Shown: positions 37,491 through 46,646 of the stretch, one piece after another
How positions within the stretch are numbered: the first letter of the stretch is position 1
Layout of the letters: each line of letters begins with the position of its first letter
Source of the DNA: a phage
Direction: 5' to 3' (one strand)
Assembly (NCBI GenBank): GCA_014816185.1
Contig: GCA_014816185.1_4095.1
DNA: 64,000 nucleotides
The notes under the pieces: generated by a model
Databases searched by the model: none
The model's input: only the letters and a program-made list of their open reading frames with translations
Told to the model about the DNA's origin: nothing
Position numbers and translations under genes: made by a program

Positions 37491-37589
37491 AATATATTAC
37501 CAGTACTATTAAATATATTGACAACGTTTGATAGTACTGTATAATAAGTTTTATAAACAGTAGTTAACTTAACCTAAGAGAGAAACAAA

Positions 37590-37733
37590 ATGATCGCACT
37601 GGATTCATTCATCGACGCAGTACTGGCAAAAACTGGCGAGGATCTGACCGCAGAACAATACGCAATGATCGAGCAATGCCAGCAAGACGGTAAATCGGTG
37701 AAAGATACTGTTAAGATTATCCGCAAGATGTAA
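37590..37733 (+). CDS. small protein (47 aa)
   Basis: MIALDSFIDAVLAK.. after AGAGAGA RBS. Confidence 0.35.
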   Translation: MIALDSFIDAVLAKTGEDLTAEQYAMIEQCQQDGKSVKDTVKIIRKM

Positions 37734-37832
37734 GATTATAGCCCACTGGTTAACGCTGGTGGGCTTTAATTCATTACCCTATACAATGCCAGTACTAAAC
37801 CGTTTATCTCGTTAGAATGCGTTACAGGACGT

Positions 37833-38036
37833 TTGACAATGATTAGCATGAAATCAGTACAAAAACAAATAGAAACATTATCAAAAATTAAACGTAAACA
37901 GTACTCGTTAGAATATACAATCAATGGTAACTATCATCTAATGAAAGAGAATAATTTCATTGTCATTGATGAATCATTGCAAGTTATTAGTATAGTACTG
38001 AAAGCATTAATCAATGACAGAAAAAAATTAAAATAA
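37833..38036 (+). CDS. hypothetical protein
   Basis: 67-aa ORF. Confidence 0.4.
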   Translation: MTMISMKSVQKQIETLSKIKRKQYSLEYTINGNYHLMKENNFIVIDESLQVISIVLKALINDRKKLK

Positions 38037-38365
38037 TCTATTGACAATATCCTCCAGTACTGGCATAATACTTACATCAAGACGAGAACGTCACTAACCC
38101 ATAGGGTGCACAAATGTAACTATATAATATCGATCAATAAATGATCAAAAAAGTACTGGATTAATTTAGCATAAGGCGTATAATTCTGATCAATTCTTGA
38201 TCAAAGGCAATATACGCAGTTGAATTTATATAGACAGTACAAAGGCGTTACTATCCGTGGTAATGCTGATGGATATGTAGTATCATATGGTTTGAATAAG
38301 ATAAACACTAGTAGTATTATTGTAGCATTACAGTACTATAGTATTTTTATAATGAGGTTAAAATA

Positions 38366-38623
38366 ATGGCAGTAGGATACGCGAAAGACGGGGCCGAACA
38401 AGACGAGATTCACGCAGTGATTCAGGCCGCCGTTAACCACGCTAGAAAGCAAATTAACGCACAAAGAGAATCACTAGTACATTGCCTCGACTGCGGCGAT
38501 AAAATCCCTGAGAATCGACGCCAGGCCGTTATAGGGTGCATGTATTGTATTACTTGCCAGGAGGATCATGATAGTACTTTTAAAAGAGATCCGCGTAATT
38601 GTTGGCATAGATCTATGAGATAA
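38366..38623 (+). CDS. TraR/DksA-family C4 zinc-finger protein
   Basis: HCLDCGDKIPENRRQAVIGCMYCITCQ fits the C-x2-C ... I-P ... R ... C-x2-C DksA/TraR signature. Confidence 0.55.
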   Translation: MAVGYAKDGAEQDEIHAVIQAAVNHARKQINAQRESLVHCLDCGDKIPENRRQAVIGCMYCITCQEDHDSTFKRDPRNCWHRSMR

Positions 38624-38687
38624 AAAGTAATTGACAGTACTGAAAGATAGTGTATAATGTTTTATATCTTAACTGAGGATAGTAATC

Positions 38688-39044
38688 ATGGGAATACAAC
38701 ATATCACGCGTACTACTGACAATGGCGAGATCACTGGCTATCAAGTACAGGGCAAAGTAGCACAATTGCAGTACTGGTTTGTTAAACGTGGAATCATTGC
38801 ACCGGATCTTGATTATGACCGTGTAGCGTTTATTGATTCTCTTTATGTTGATCCTGATAGTCGGGGCAATGGTGAAGGTAACGAATTAATGAATGCCTTT
38901 ATCGATGCCGCCGATGATTCAGATTGTATCATCTTAGAATGCGATACGGGAGAAGATAACGCCTTTAATCTTAAAGAATGGTACGAAGGATTCGGATTCG
39001 AGGTACTGATCGATAGTGAATATCCTATCATGATTTTATCATAG
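38688..39044 (+). CDS. possible small GNAT-like acetyltransferase
   Basis: LYVDPDSRGNGEGNELMNAFIDAA resembles GNAT motif A (R-x-x-G-x-G); 118 aa. Confidence 0.35.
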   Translation: MGIQHITRTTDNGEITGYQVQGKVAQLQYWFVKRGIIAPDLDYDRVAFIDSLYVDPDSRGNGEGNELMNAFIDAADDSDCIILECDTGEDNAFNLKEWYEGFGFEVLIDSEYPIMILS

Positions 39045-39116
39045 TACTTGCAATTAGTTTTCAGTACTGTTATAGTACTTACATCAAGGGGAAACGTCTT
39101 CCCCTACTAAGAGGAA

Positions 39117-39311
39117 ATGAAAATGGAAAACTTATCAAGTATTTTAGTACAAGATGATTTCGGTAATCCTGGAAGTGCTATCATAGTTCGGGGCAATAAA
39201 GCAACGTTTGTTATTGCTGGTGGACCCGTACAGCGTAGCATTAAAAATAATGCTGTTACCATTAATAATGTACGCTATCGCTTAGATAAAGAATTGATTC
39301 ATAAACTGTAA
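39117..39311 (+). CDS. hypothetical protein
   Basis: 64-aa ORF. Confidence 0.45.
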   Translation: MKMENLSSILVQDDFGNPGSAIIVRGNKATFVIAGGPVQRSIKNNAVTINNVRYRLDKELIHKL

Positions 39312-39338
39312 TATTAATTTAATAGAGGATAACAATAA

Positions 39339-39662
39339 ATGTACATTCATACTACTATCACAAAGGAAGTCCGTTGCCAGTTCGAAAGTATTCCGGGCGT
39401 ATGTTTCATCACTGGTACGTTTTCCCCTGGTGATCGTGATAATCCAGTACTGTTACAGTTACGCCATCCATTATGGGATAAAGCATTTGATCTGCCGTTG
39501 AATGAATTCGCAACTACTGCTGAAAAGTACATTAAAAATATTCGCGAGAATGATCGACTATTCATTAATGCTTTTAGTGATGTCGCGTTAAGTGAGATCC
39601 ATGCTGTATTGGTTGCAATCATGGAATCAATGGAGAAAACTAAATTCAAACAAGGTGAATAA
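39339..39662 (+). CDS. hypothetical protein
   Basis: 107-aa ORF. Confidence 0.5.
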   Translation: MYIHTTITKEVRCQFESIPGVCFITGTFSPGDRDNPVLLQLRHPLWDKAFDLPLNEFATTAEKYIKNIRENDRLFINAFSDVALSEIHAVLVAIMESMEKTKFKQGE

Positions 39663-39745
39663 AAACTATTGACAAGATAATCTAGTACTGTATAATAGTT
39701 TACATGAAGGGGAGAAATGATTCTCCCCACTAAGAGGAAAGAAAA

Positions 39746-39958
39746 ATGCAAGGTCAACTAATCGTTCGTAAATGGTCTGATACTAACGAAAAACCGTGGG
39801 ATGTACAATACATCGCCCCAAATGGTGAATCCAGATATCAACCAGGTGTAACGCATAGTACTGAGCAATTCGCTGCCGCCCATCGTGAACGTCTGTTACA
39901 GTCAATGCAGCAAGGTTCCGGCGAAAAATTCATTCAGGATCATTGGCTGAAAGATTAA
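39746..39958 (+). CDS. hypothetical protein
   Basis: 70-aa ORF. Confidence 0.45.
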   Translation: MQGQLIVRKWSDTNEKPWDVQYIAPNGESRYQPGVTHSTEQFAAAHRERLLQSMQQGSGEKFIQDHWLKD

Positions 39959-40044
39959 AAAGTACTTGCACAGTACTGAATAAAGTGTATAATGTTTTAT
40001 ATCGAGAGGGGAATAGTTCCCCTCCTAACAAAAAGGAAAGTATA

Positions 40045-40218
40045 ATGATCCAAGTAGAATTATCAGTACTGAAAGATCTGTTTTATCGGTTAGGTACTAA
40101 TGGCGAGTATCCTAAAAGTGATACCGCAAAACTTTTTGTATCACTCGACTTATGGCAACGCGAACAATTAGTAATGTCCTGGCGTAAAGGTAAAGCAGAT
40201 CGCGAGGTGAAAGCATGA
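40045..40218 (+). CDS. small protein (57 aa)
   Basis: start MIQVELSVLKD at 40045 after PeSL and AAGGAAAG. Confidence 0.4.
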   Translation: MIQVELSVLKDLFYRLGTNGEYPKSDTAKLFVSLDLWQREQLVMSWRKGKADREVKA

Positions 40219-40364
40219 AAGAATTCTTATTCGAAGTAGTGTTTCAAGGTGTCGGTAGTAACCAACTGATTCGCTCAAGTGGTTACAATGTTAGCCAGGC
40301 ATGGAATAACATTAAACAAATGTACCCGAACGCCATCACCTATCGCAACCCGAAAGAAGTTTAA
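40215..40364 (+). CDS. small protein (49 aa)
   Basis: MKEFLFEVVFQGVG..; ATGA overlap. Confidence 0.35.
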   Translation: MKEFLFEVVFQGVGSNQLIRSSGYNVSQAWNNIKQMYPNAITYRNPKEV

Positions 40365-40378
40365 AAATAATTGAAAAA

Positions 40379-40465
40379 GGGATTGACTCCGGTCAGTCCC
40401 TTTGCTATTATATACGCATAGAAACAAATCAGCCCACAGGGTGCATAAATGTATCTATTATATGC
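40379..40465 (+). promoter_or_regulatory. composite element: UUCG hairpin / TTGACT-17-TATTAT promoter + conserved segment
   Basis: GGGATTGAC-TCCG-GTCAGTCCC; TTGACT 40383-40388, TATTAT 40406-40411. Confidence 0.5.
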
Positions 40466-40537
40466 TGGTGGCTAGTACTGAAAACTATTTTTAAAAAAGT
40501 ACTTGCATTGTACTTAGAATCAAGTATAATGTTTTAC

Positions 40538-40614
40538 ATCAGGACGGGGAACGAAACAAGTAACCCCGTTAAGTAGTCCAGGAGTAAGACATAAGAAAAC
40601 CTCCCCTGATAAAA
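40538..40614 (+). ncRNA. candidate small structured RNA / structured leader (copy 2)
   Basis: ~85% identical to 29066-29155; flanked by promoters (TATAAT 40525-40530 upstream; TTGACA 40619-40624 / TATAAT 40641-40646 downstream). Confidence 0.35.
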
Positions 40615-40678
40615 TAGTTTGACAATAGAAAGTAAAAGAGTATAATACTTACATCAACCACTGATAAGGAAACATAAA

Positions 40679-40954
40679 ATGCGGATTCTACTGACAGCTA
40701 ACGAAATCGAGCAAGTACTGACTACTAACCTGGAAGACTGGAAACGTGAAGCAGATATCCAGGCGGTTCAACAGCTTAACGATGAGTTAACGCCGGATGA
40801 CTTAAGCAAGATTGTAGATCCTCAATTCTACGAAGATATCCACGACACCGCGTTAAGCGTCGAGGATGTACTAGATAAGCACTACATTGATATTGATTTG
40901 CAGGTGTACGGTCGTAAAAACTTTATCACTATTCACGACATTTACAACAATTAA
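40679..40954 (+). CDS. hypothetical protein
   Basis: 91-aa acidic ORF. Confidence 0.5.
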   Translation: MRILLTANEIEQVLTTNLEDWKREADIQAVQQLNDELTPDDLSKIVDPQFYEDIHDTALSVEDVLDKHYIDIDLQVYGRKNFITIHDIYNN

Positions 40955-41039
40955 GTATTGACAAAGTATCTTAGTACTGTATAATAGTTTACATCGAGAG
41001 GGGAATGGTTCCCCTCCTAACTAAAAGAGAGAAATAAAA

Positions 41040-41222
41040 ATGGCTAAGTGCACTATCTGTAATAAAGAAATAGTATTAGTTCCAAGTGCCCGTGAACGTG
41101 CCGCTCGGTTCGGTGGCAAAGCGTCAGACTATACAAAAATGTTTACTGCCCATACAGCTTGCCAGGTAGCAAAACGTTCACAAGAAAGCGTAGAATTAAT
41201 GCGTAAACTTTCCAAAAAATAA
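41040..41222 (+). CDS. small Cys-containing protein
   Basis: MAKCTICNKEIV..TACQ; 60 aa. Confidence 0.45.
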   Translation: MAKCTICNKEIVLVPSARERAARFGGKASDYTKMFTAHTACQVAKRSQESVELMRKLSKK

Positions 41223-41310
41223 GTATTGACAAAGTATCTTAGTACTGTATAATAGTTTACATCAAGTGAGGGGAAACGGTTCCCCTCCTAACAAAGAGAG
41301 AGAAATAAAA

Positions 41311-41634
41311 ATGGCTATGATCCTTGCCCAGAAAGTAGAACTGAAAATTGTAACCTCCTTTGACATTAAAGTTAATCGGTGGACTGATTCACACGGCAAT
41401 ACTTACCACTCTTGCTACGTGTCTGCGTTAATTGGTGATCGTTGGGAAGACCTGGGACATGAAACCTTTACATACGGTTACGGCACACAAGGAGAATACA
41501 CGGGCTTGGAGATCATTAAAGAAACCGTTATAGGTTTCAACCCGAAAGAAAACGTTATTCACCGCATCGAGGAAGAGATCAACAAAGAAATAACAGTTCG
41601 ATACTACGATGTAAAACGTAAGAAAGATATGTAA
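41311..41634 (+). CDS. hypothetical protein (paralog of 34454..34777)
   Basis: start MAMILAQK; shared NTYHSC motif. Confidence 0.55.
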   Translation: MAMILAQKVELKIVTSFDIKVNRWTDSHGNTYHSCYVSALIGDRWEDLGHETFTYGYGTQGEYTGLEIIKETVIGFNPKENVIHRIEEEINKEITVRYYDVKRKKDM

Positions 41635-41729
41635 TAGAATCCATTTAAAGTACTATTTGACATTGCCCAGATAGTACTTTATAATAGACTCTAACTTGTA
41701 GTACTAACTTAACTAATAGGATGTATACC

Positions 41730-42125
41730 ATGATTACTAAATTCTACGCTACCCGTGAAGCTGCCCGTATTGTTGCACGCGAGGAAGGAGCAGCATTTAA
41801 AGACATGGGCAAAGATGCACCGAAAGGCCAACGCTGGGCCGTACAGTTCAAAGAAATCTCTGATATTGTGAATTCACCGGAGCCAGTACTAACAGCATCA
41901 GAACTAAAACGAGCGGATTTACTGGCGGCAGTACTTAACGCACAAGATGAATTTATCGCTGATTCTGATATCAAAGTACAGACAAACCATACCGCTTGGA
42001 CTCACGCGGATCACCTGGCAAACCTTAAGCGTCCAAGTGAACTGGTTCGCAACCAGAAAGAGATCCGACACGACCGTAAGGGTAATCGTGTAACAGTATA
42101 CAGTAAACGCCGCCAGGTTATCTAA
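41730..42125 (+). CDS. hypothetical protein (paralog of 28205..28471)
   Basis: start MITKFYATRE 9 nt after AGGA. Confidence 0.55.
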   Translation: MITKFYATREAARIVAREEGAAFKDMGKDAPKGQRWAVQFKEISDIVNSPEPVLTASELKRADLLAAVLNAQDEFIADSDIKVQTNHTAWTHADHLANLKRPSELVRNQKEIRHDRKGNRVTVYSKRRQVI

Positions 42126-42147
42126 TAACTTGCAGTACTAACAACAC

Positions 42148-42172
42148 GGCGGGATCAGTTCCCGCCTTTTTT
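42148..42172 (+). terminator. intrinsic terminator
   Basis: GGCGGGA-tcagt-TCCCGCC followed by TTTTTT. Confidence 0.55.
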
Positions 42173-42187
42173 ATAGGATAAACTAAA

Positions 42188-42442
42188 ATGATTAAGGTAC
42201 AACTATCTAAAGATAATATCTTGCGGGTACACTATAAAGCACCACAGAGAATCATCACAAAGGCCGTACAGCTTGCTAATGAGTTTATTAATGGTAACCT
42301 ATTACCAAGGAAGTTAAGCAACGGAAAACTGCGTGTAATCGATGTAGACACTAACAACAGAATAGTAATTGAGAACACAGGAAAGATAAACCTATATGAA
42401 CACCAACAATATAATAAGAAAATAAAACTAATATCACGTTGA
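42188..42442 (+). CDS. hypothetical protein
   Basis: 84-aa ORF. Confidence 0.45.
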   Translation: MIKVQLSKDNILRVHYKAPQRIITKAVQLANEFINGNLLPRKLSNGKLRVIDVDTNNRIVIENTGKINLYEHQQYNKKIKLISR

Positions 42443-42495
42443 CAGTACTCAATTGTTTTAGTATTATGTACACATACCAACACGGGAGAAACAAA

Positions 42496-42714
42496 ATGAA
42501 ATTATCTAAAATCGAAAAGAAAACTATTGATGAAGCAGTTAAGCACGGTTATACCTTTCGTAATGATTCACATTTTACCAATTTTCAACAAGGCCAAAGG
42601 ACTATTAAAAAACTAATTGACAAAGGTTTATTAGTTAAAGTAGATAACGGTAACGGCATTGAGTATCAGCCAACCCAAGACGCATTATCTTTAAAGAAAT
42701 ATGCAATTATCTAA
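42496..42714 (+). CDS. hypothetical protein
   Basis: start MKLSKIEKK; upstream promoter region duplicated before next gene. Confidence 0.45.
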   Translation: MKLSKIEKKTIDEAVKHGYTFRNDSHFTNFQQGQRTIKKLIDKGLLVKVDNGNGIEYQPTQDALSLKKYAII

Positions 42715-42771
42715 TTGACAGTACTCAAATGTTTTAGTACTATATGTACATACCAACACGGGGAAAACAAA

Positions 42772-43014
42772 ATGATTACTTTAGAAAAACGTATCAAAGA
42801 AACTACATCGCTGGTGGAACTGTTAACAGTACTGAAATGCCGTACTACTCGGTTTAGTACACCGGACTTTATTAATATGGTTGATGTTAACGGTCGTTAT
42901 CGCATTGCAGTAGAACATGGAACAGCGAAAGTATTCAGTACTAAAAACACTAAGGAAGTGATTCACGCGGTTAGTGTGAAAAAAGTGGTTGCCATTGATA
43001 GTAAAGTACTGTAA
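42772..43014 (+). CDS. hypothetical protein
   Basis: start MITLEKRIKE; same upstream promoter repeat as previous gene. Confidence 0.45.
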   Translation: MITLEKRIKETTSLVELLTVLKCRTTRFSTPDFINMVDVNGRYRIAVEHGTAKVFSTKNTKEVIHAVSVKKVVAIDSKVL

Positions 43015-43045
43015 GATAGTTTCATTAACTCAAGGAGAACATGCA

Positions 43046-43630
43046 ATGCGTAATTATACTAAATTCATCCGTACCCTGTCAGAAATGGAAACCAACAAAG
43101 AGATCCTTTCAGCTTGTCGGTTAGCTGGTCTGGAGATCATCGGTGCGGGTTCTTCCCGTATTGTATTCGCTTTAAATGTTCGGTTAGTGATTAAGGTCGC
43201 CAATTGTGATGCGGGTGTAGAACAAAATGAAACTGAATGTAAGGTATGGAATTTTTTAGACTATGACCGCCCTCAATTGAAACAGTACTTTGCAAAGGTG
43301 CATATGCATTTATGCGATCCTGATAATATGTTTATCGTTATGGATCGGTTGAGTACTGCAAGTAAAGGCAGTGTGAAGCACGTTAACGCGTGCAACGAAT
43401 TAAAGTACAATATTAAACGTAATGCCATTGAACGCCAGCACCGCTTTGCTGATGCACTACAACACGTCGATGATACATTATCAACACTAACGATAAGAGA
43501 TATCAGAAAACAGAATATCGGCCAGGATCGTAATGGACTTATTAAAGTACTTGATTACGGTTTAACCCGCAATATCTGGAATCAGTACTATAAAAAGCGT
43601 GATGTGGCAGCAAGTAAAGTAACACGATAA
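43046..43630 (+). CDS. minimal eukaryotic-like protein kinase (ePK-fold) candidate
   Basis: Gly-loop IIGAGSSRIVF, beta3 Lys in LVIKV, catalytic loop IRDIRKQN (RD..N spacing as in HRDLKPxN), IKVLDYG matching the DFG region; only ~195 aa so C-lobe truncated. Confidence 0.5.
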   Translation: MRNYTKFIRTLSEMETNKEILSACRLAGLEIIGAGSSRIVFALNVRLVIKVANCDAGVEQNETECKVWNFLDYDRPQLKQYFAKVHMHLCDPDNMFIVMDRLSTASKGSVKHVNACNELKYNIKRNAIERQHRFADALQHVDDTLSTLTIRDIRKQNIGQDRNGLIKVLDYGLTRNIWNQYYKKRDVAASKVTR

Positions 43631-43644
43631 AAAAGATTAAAAAA

Positions 43645-43735
43645 GGGATTGATTTCGGTCAGTCCCTTTGCTATTATATATTCATTGAGAGATAGCTCAC
43701 TGACCCACAGGGTGCATAAATGTATCTATTATATA
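43645..43735 (+). promoter_or_regulatory. composite element: UUCG hairpin/promoter + conserved segment
   Basis: GGGATTGAT-TTCG-GTCAGTCCC; downstream ATTCATTGAGAGATAGCTCACTGACCCACAGGGTGCA. Confidence 0.5.
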
Positions 43736-43852
43736 AGTATTCAGTACTGAAAACTATTTTTAAAAAGTACTTGCATTGTACTTAGAATCAAGTATAATGT
43801 TTTATATCGAGAGGGGGGGGAACGGTTCTCCCTGGCAATAAGGAATAAAATC

Positions 43853-44074
43853 ATGACTACAATGACTTGCATTTACGCTTCCAATCTTCTGAATGATGCG
43901 GCCTTTAATGTTGATTCAGAATATCAATGTTATCGGGATGAAAATAAAAAAGTTTTTGTAGTTGATAATAATGGTTTCCATATTGAATTACAATCCGGCT
44001 TCACTGGTGTTGATGGTAAATCAGTATGGGGCGTACAGGATGATAACGGTACATATCATTTTAAACGTAATTAA
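43853..44074 (+). CDS. hypothetical protein
   Basis: 73-aa ORF. Confidence 0.45.
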   Translation: MTTMTCIYASNLLNDAAFNVDSEYQCYRDENKKVFVVDNNGFHIELQSGFTGVDGKSVWGVQDDNGTYHFKRN

Positions 44075-44157
44075 GTATTGACAAAGTATATTAGTACTGT
44101 ATAATAGTTTACATCAAGGGGAGAACTATTCTCCCCGATACTAAAAGGAATAAAATC

Positions 44158-44565
44158 ATGACTACTACTAATCAAGCTCGGTCCATCGCCAACGATAAAA
44201 ATCATGCTGCAATGGTCGCTGGTTACATTGAAGCTATGCAATTCAGTACTGTACACAATGAGAACGGCGATTACCTGGAAGATTATGAATTATCAGAGCA
44301 AGCCCATCAAGCGGCAGTGATTGCATGTTCACGTTTCCTTGCTGTACATGGTGAAGATATGGAAACAGTACAAAAACACCATAATCCTGATTATACTTAT
44401 AGTCATGCAGGTCATGATCTATTTCTTACTCGCGAAGGTCACGGCACTGGTTTTTGGGATCGTGATATCGGTCACTATGATGATATATTCACTAAGTACT
44501 GCGAAGAAATCAACGTTTGCGATCCCTATGTAGGCGATGATAATTTAATCTATATGGGCGAATAA
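44158..44565 (+). CDS. hypothetical protein
   Basis: 135 aa; motif HAGHDLFLTREGHGTGFWDRD. Confidence 0.5.
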   Translation: MTTTNQARSIANDKNHAAMVAGYIEAMQFSTVHNENGDYLEDYELSEQAHQAAVIACSRFLAVHGEDMETVQKHHNPDYTYSHAGHDLFLTREGHGTGFWDRDIGHYDDIFTKYCEEINVCDPYVGDDNLIYMGE

Positions 44566-44652
44566 AAGTATTTGACAAAGCATATCAGTACTGTATAATA
44601 GTTTACATCAAGGGGAGAATAGTTCTCCCCGATACTAAAAGGAAACAAAATT

Positions 44653-44925
44653 ATGTCTAGCTACTCCGCTACTATGATCATTAAAGATATGAACGGTAAT
44701 CCTACTTCTGCTGGTGGATCATTTGGAAACATTAACTTAGATGGTCGGTTATCAATTGAATCAGCCATCAATGCAGCGAAAGAAGTTTTTAAGAATGAAT
44801 GTACTGTTAGTAAGCTGGATTATATGGGATTCGCTATCGAGAAAACTAATCGTTTTGTGAACTACAAAAATCCACTGATGATTGATACTAACCTGAAAGC
44901 TAACGAAGTGGAATACTTATTATGA
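44653..44925 (+). CDS. hypothetical protein
   Basis: 90-aa ORF. Confidence 0.45.
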   Translation: MSSYSATMIIKDMNGNPTSAGGSFGNINLDGRLSIESAINAAKEVFKNECTVSKLDYMGFAIEKTNRFVNYKNPLMIDTNLKANEVEYLL

Positions 44926-45113
44926 CAGTTGAAGAAGTTAAAAAAGTACTGGCAGTACTACGCTATCATAACCATTGCAAGGTTAAGAATGATCCTGATT
45001 ATGTTGATTCATCCCTGGAGGAAGACACATTAAACGCAATAAGCCATATGCAAACATTAGCAAAGCGTATGACCGAAAAGAATAGACCGGACTATATCGG
45101 AAATAAAATTTAA
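44922..45113 (+). CDS. hypothetical protein
   Basis: 63 aa; ATGA coupling. Confidence 0.4.
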   Translation: MTVEEVKKVLAVLRYHNHCKVKNDPDYVDSSLEEDTLNAISHMQTLAKRMTEKNRPDYIGNKI

Positions 45114-45199
45114 AAAGTACTTGCATTGTAGTTAGATTAACGTATAATGTTTTACATAGAGCGGGGGAATAGTTCTCCCGCCAGTCCGGGAGATACACC

Positions 45200-45463
45200 A
45201 TGAACACTATCGAAATCACTATCAATGCACACGTATACGACAACGTAGTACTGCAAACTACTATGACCGCTAATGATACCAGTACTTTGCGGAATACCGT
45301 TGTAAGTGCTGTATGTGCTGCAATCGGTGATGTAGCCCTGGAAAATGCAAAACACGTAAACGATGGTTTCACTATGTGCAAACGTGATAACGCAAAACAT
45401 ATCATCGTAGAAGGTTACGGCGGTGTAGAATTTAATGTTTATTTGAAAAAAGTACTTGCATAA
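45200..45463 (+). CDS. hypothetical protein
   Basis: 87-aa ORF. Confidence 0.45.
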   Translation: MNTIEITINAHVYDNVVLQTTMTANDTSTLRNTVVSAVCAAIGDVALENAKHVNDGFTMCKRDNAKHIIVEGYGGVEFNVYLKKVLA

Positions 45464-45530
45464 TAACTAAAACAAAGTATAATGTTTTGCATAGGGGGAG
45501 ATATCCTCCCCCACTAAAAGGAGTACTAAA

Positions 45531-45755
45531 ATGGCTAACTTTGATGAACTGATGCGGGAAGTAGCTAACCTGGCAGAAGAGAAGAAATCATTCGATTCTA
45601 TCTATAACACCGCTCACCGTGATTCAGTACTGTCATGTACTCAGGATCAAAAAGATGAACTAATCGCCACATATCATGAAGCATGGAAGTACTACCGCCA
45701 ATGGGAGAAAGAAGAAAGTGAGTCTATCATTGACGGCCTCAATAATCTAATCTAA
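45531..45755 (+). CDS. hypothetical protein
   Basis: 74-aa ORF. Confidence 0.45.
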   Translation: MANFDELMREVANLAEEKKSFDSIYNTAHRDSVLSCTQDQKDELIATYHEAWKYYRQWEKEESESIIDGLNNLI

Positions 45756-45830
45756 AGTTTTATTTCAGTACTATTGACATAGCTTGATAGTACTGATGTA
45801 ATAACTTTACTAACTACAAGGGGAAACATA

Positions 45831-46088
45831 ATGGAACAGTTCACACAATATCGGGTAAATCCTCAAGCTATGGCCTACGTAGAAGACCATAAAACGTTAC
45901 CAGTACTGCAACCAGTTAAAGGCCATATCTATCGTGCAATGTCGTGGAGTACGGCCCAGGATGGCTATAAAACCGTAGCTGTCGGTATGTACTGCGGTAA
46001 TGGTGAATGGTTTGATCCAAATAATCCGGTCGCCGTTGACAGTACTGAAAAAATGAAATGGGCCGACTACATCGAAGATATTTCATAA
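45831..46088 (+). CDS. hypothetical protein
   Basis: 85-aa ORF. Confidence 0.45.
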   Translation: MEQFTQYRVNPQAMAYVEDHKTLPVLQPVKGHIYRAMSWSTAQDGYKTVAVGMYCGNGEWFDPNNPVAVDSTEKMKWADYIEDIS

Positions 46089-46178
46089 AAACTATTTGAC
46101 AGTACTAACCAGTAATGTATAATGTTTTACATCGAGCGGGGGAATAGTTCTCCCGTCAATAGTTTGGAGTAAAACATT

Positions 46179-46379
46179 ATGTCTATCGCTATCGCCCTGG
46201 TCGAAGTACTGAAAGAAGCTAAAGCCAACCTTATCGATGTACAGATTAAGGAATTGCAAAACGGCTTAATCGGCTGTACTTGTACCGCTGGTGGAGCGGC
46301 AGACTATCGGGAATTCGAATCACTTGAATCGATGGTCCGGTATCTTACAATCATCGTAGAAGATTGGAGAATCATCTAA
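46179..46379 (+). CDS. hypothetical protein
   Basis: 66-aa ORF. Confidence 0.45.
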   Translation: MSIAIALVEVLKEAKANLIDVQIKELQNGLIGCTCTAGGAADYREFESLESMVRYLTIIVEDWRII

Positions 46380-46398
46380 CAAAAAAGAATAAAAAAAA

Positions 46399-46480
46399 GG
46401 GATTGACTCCGGTCAGTCCCTTTGCTATTATATACGCATAGACAAAAACTAGCCCACAGGGTGCATAAGTGTATCCAAAA
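46399..46480 (+). promoter_or_regulatory. composite element: UUCG hairpin/promoter + conserved segment
   Basis: GGGATTGAC-TCCG-GTCAGTCCC; CCCACAGGGTGCATAAGTGTATC downstream. Confidence 0.5.
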
Positions 46481-46646
46481 TATATAGTTAATAACGGTGA
46501 GTAACTATCTGCTGGTGGATGTACTGCCAGTACTCAAGGGAACTAAAACTATTAATAAAAAGTATTGACAAAGTATATCAGTACTGCAATAATGTATCTC
46601 GTAGGGCGGCAATGGTGCGACGGTCCACAAAGTTAGGAGATTCAAA

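Noticed and set aside
43805-43820. G8 homopolymer (GAGAGGGGGGGG) as a slippage or phase-variation site
   Set aside because: It lies in a 5'-UTR stem-loop, not in coding sequence; it is a variant of the GGGAA/TTCCC hairpin.
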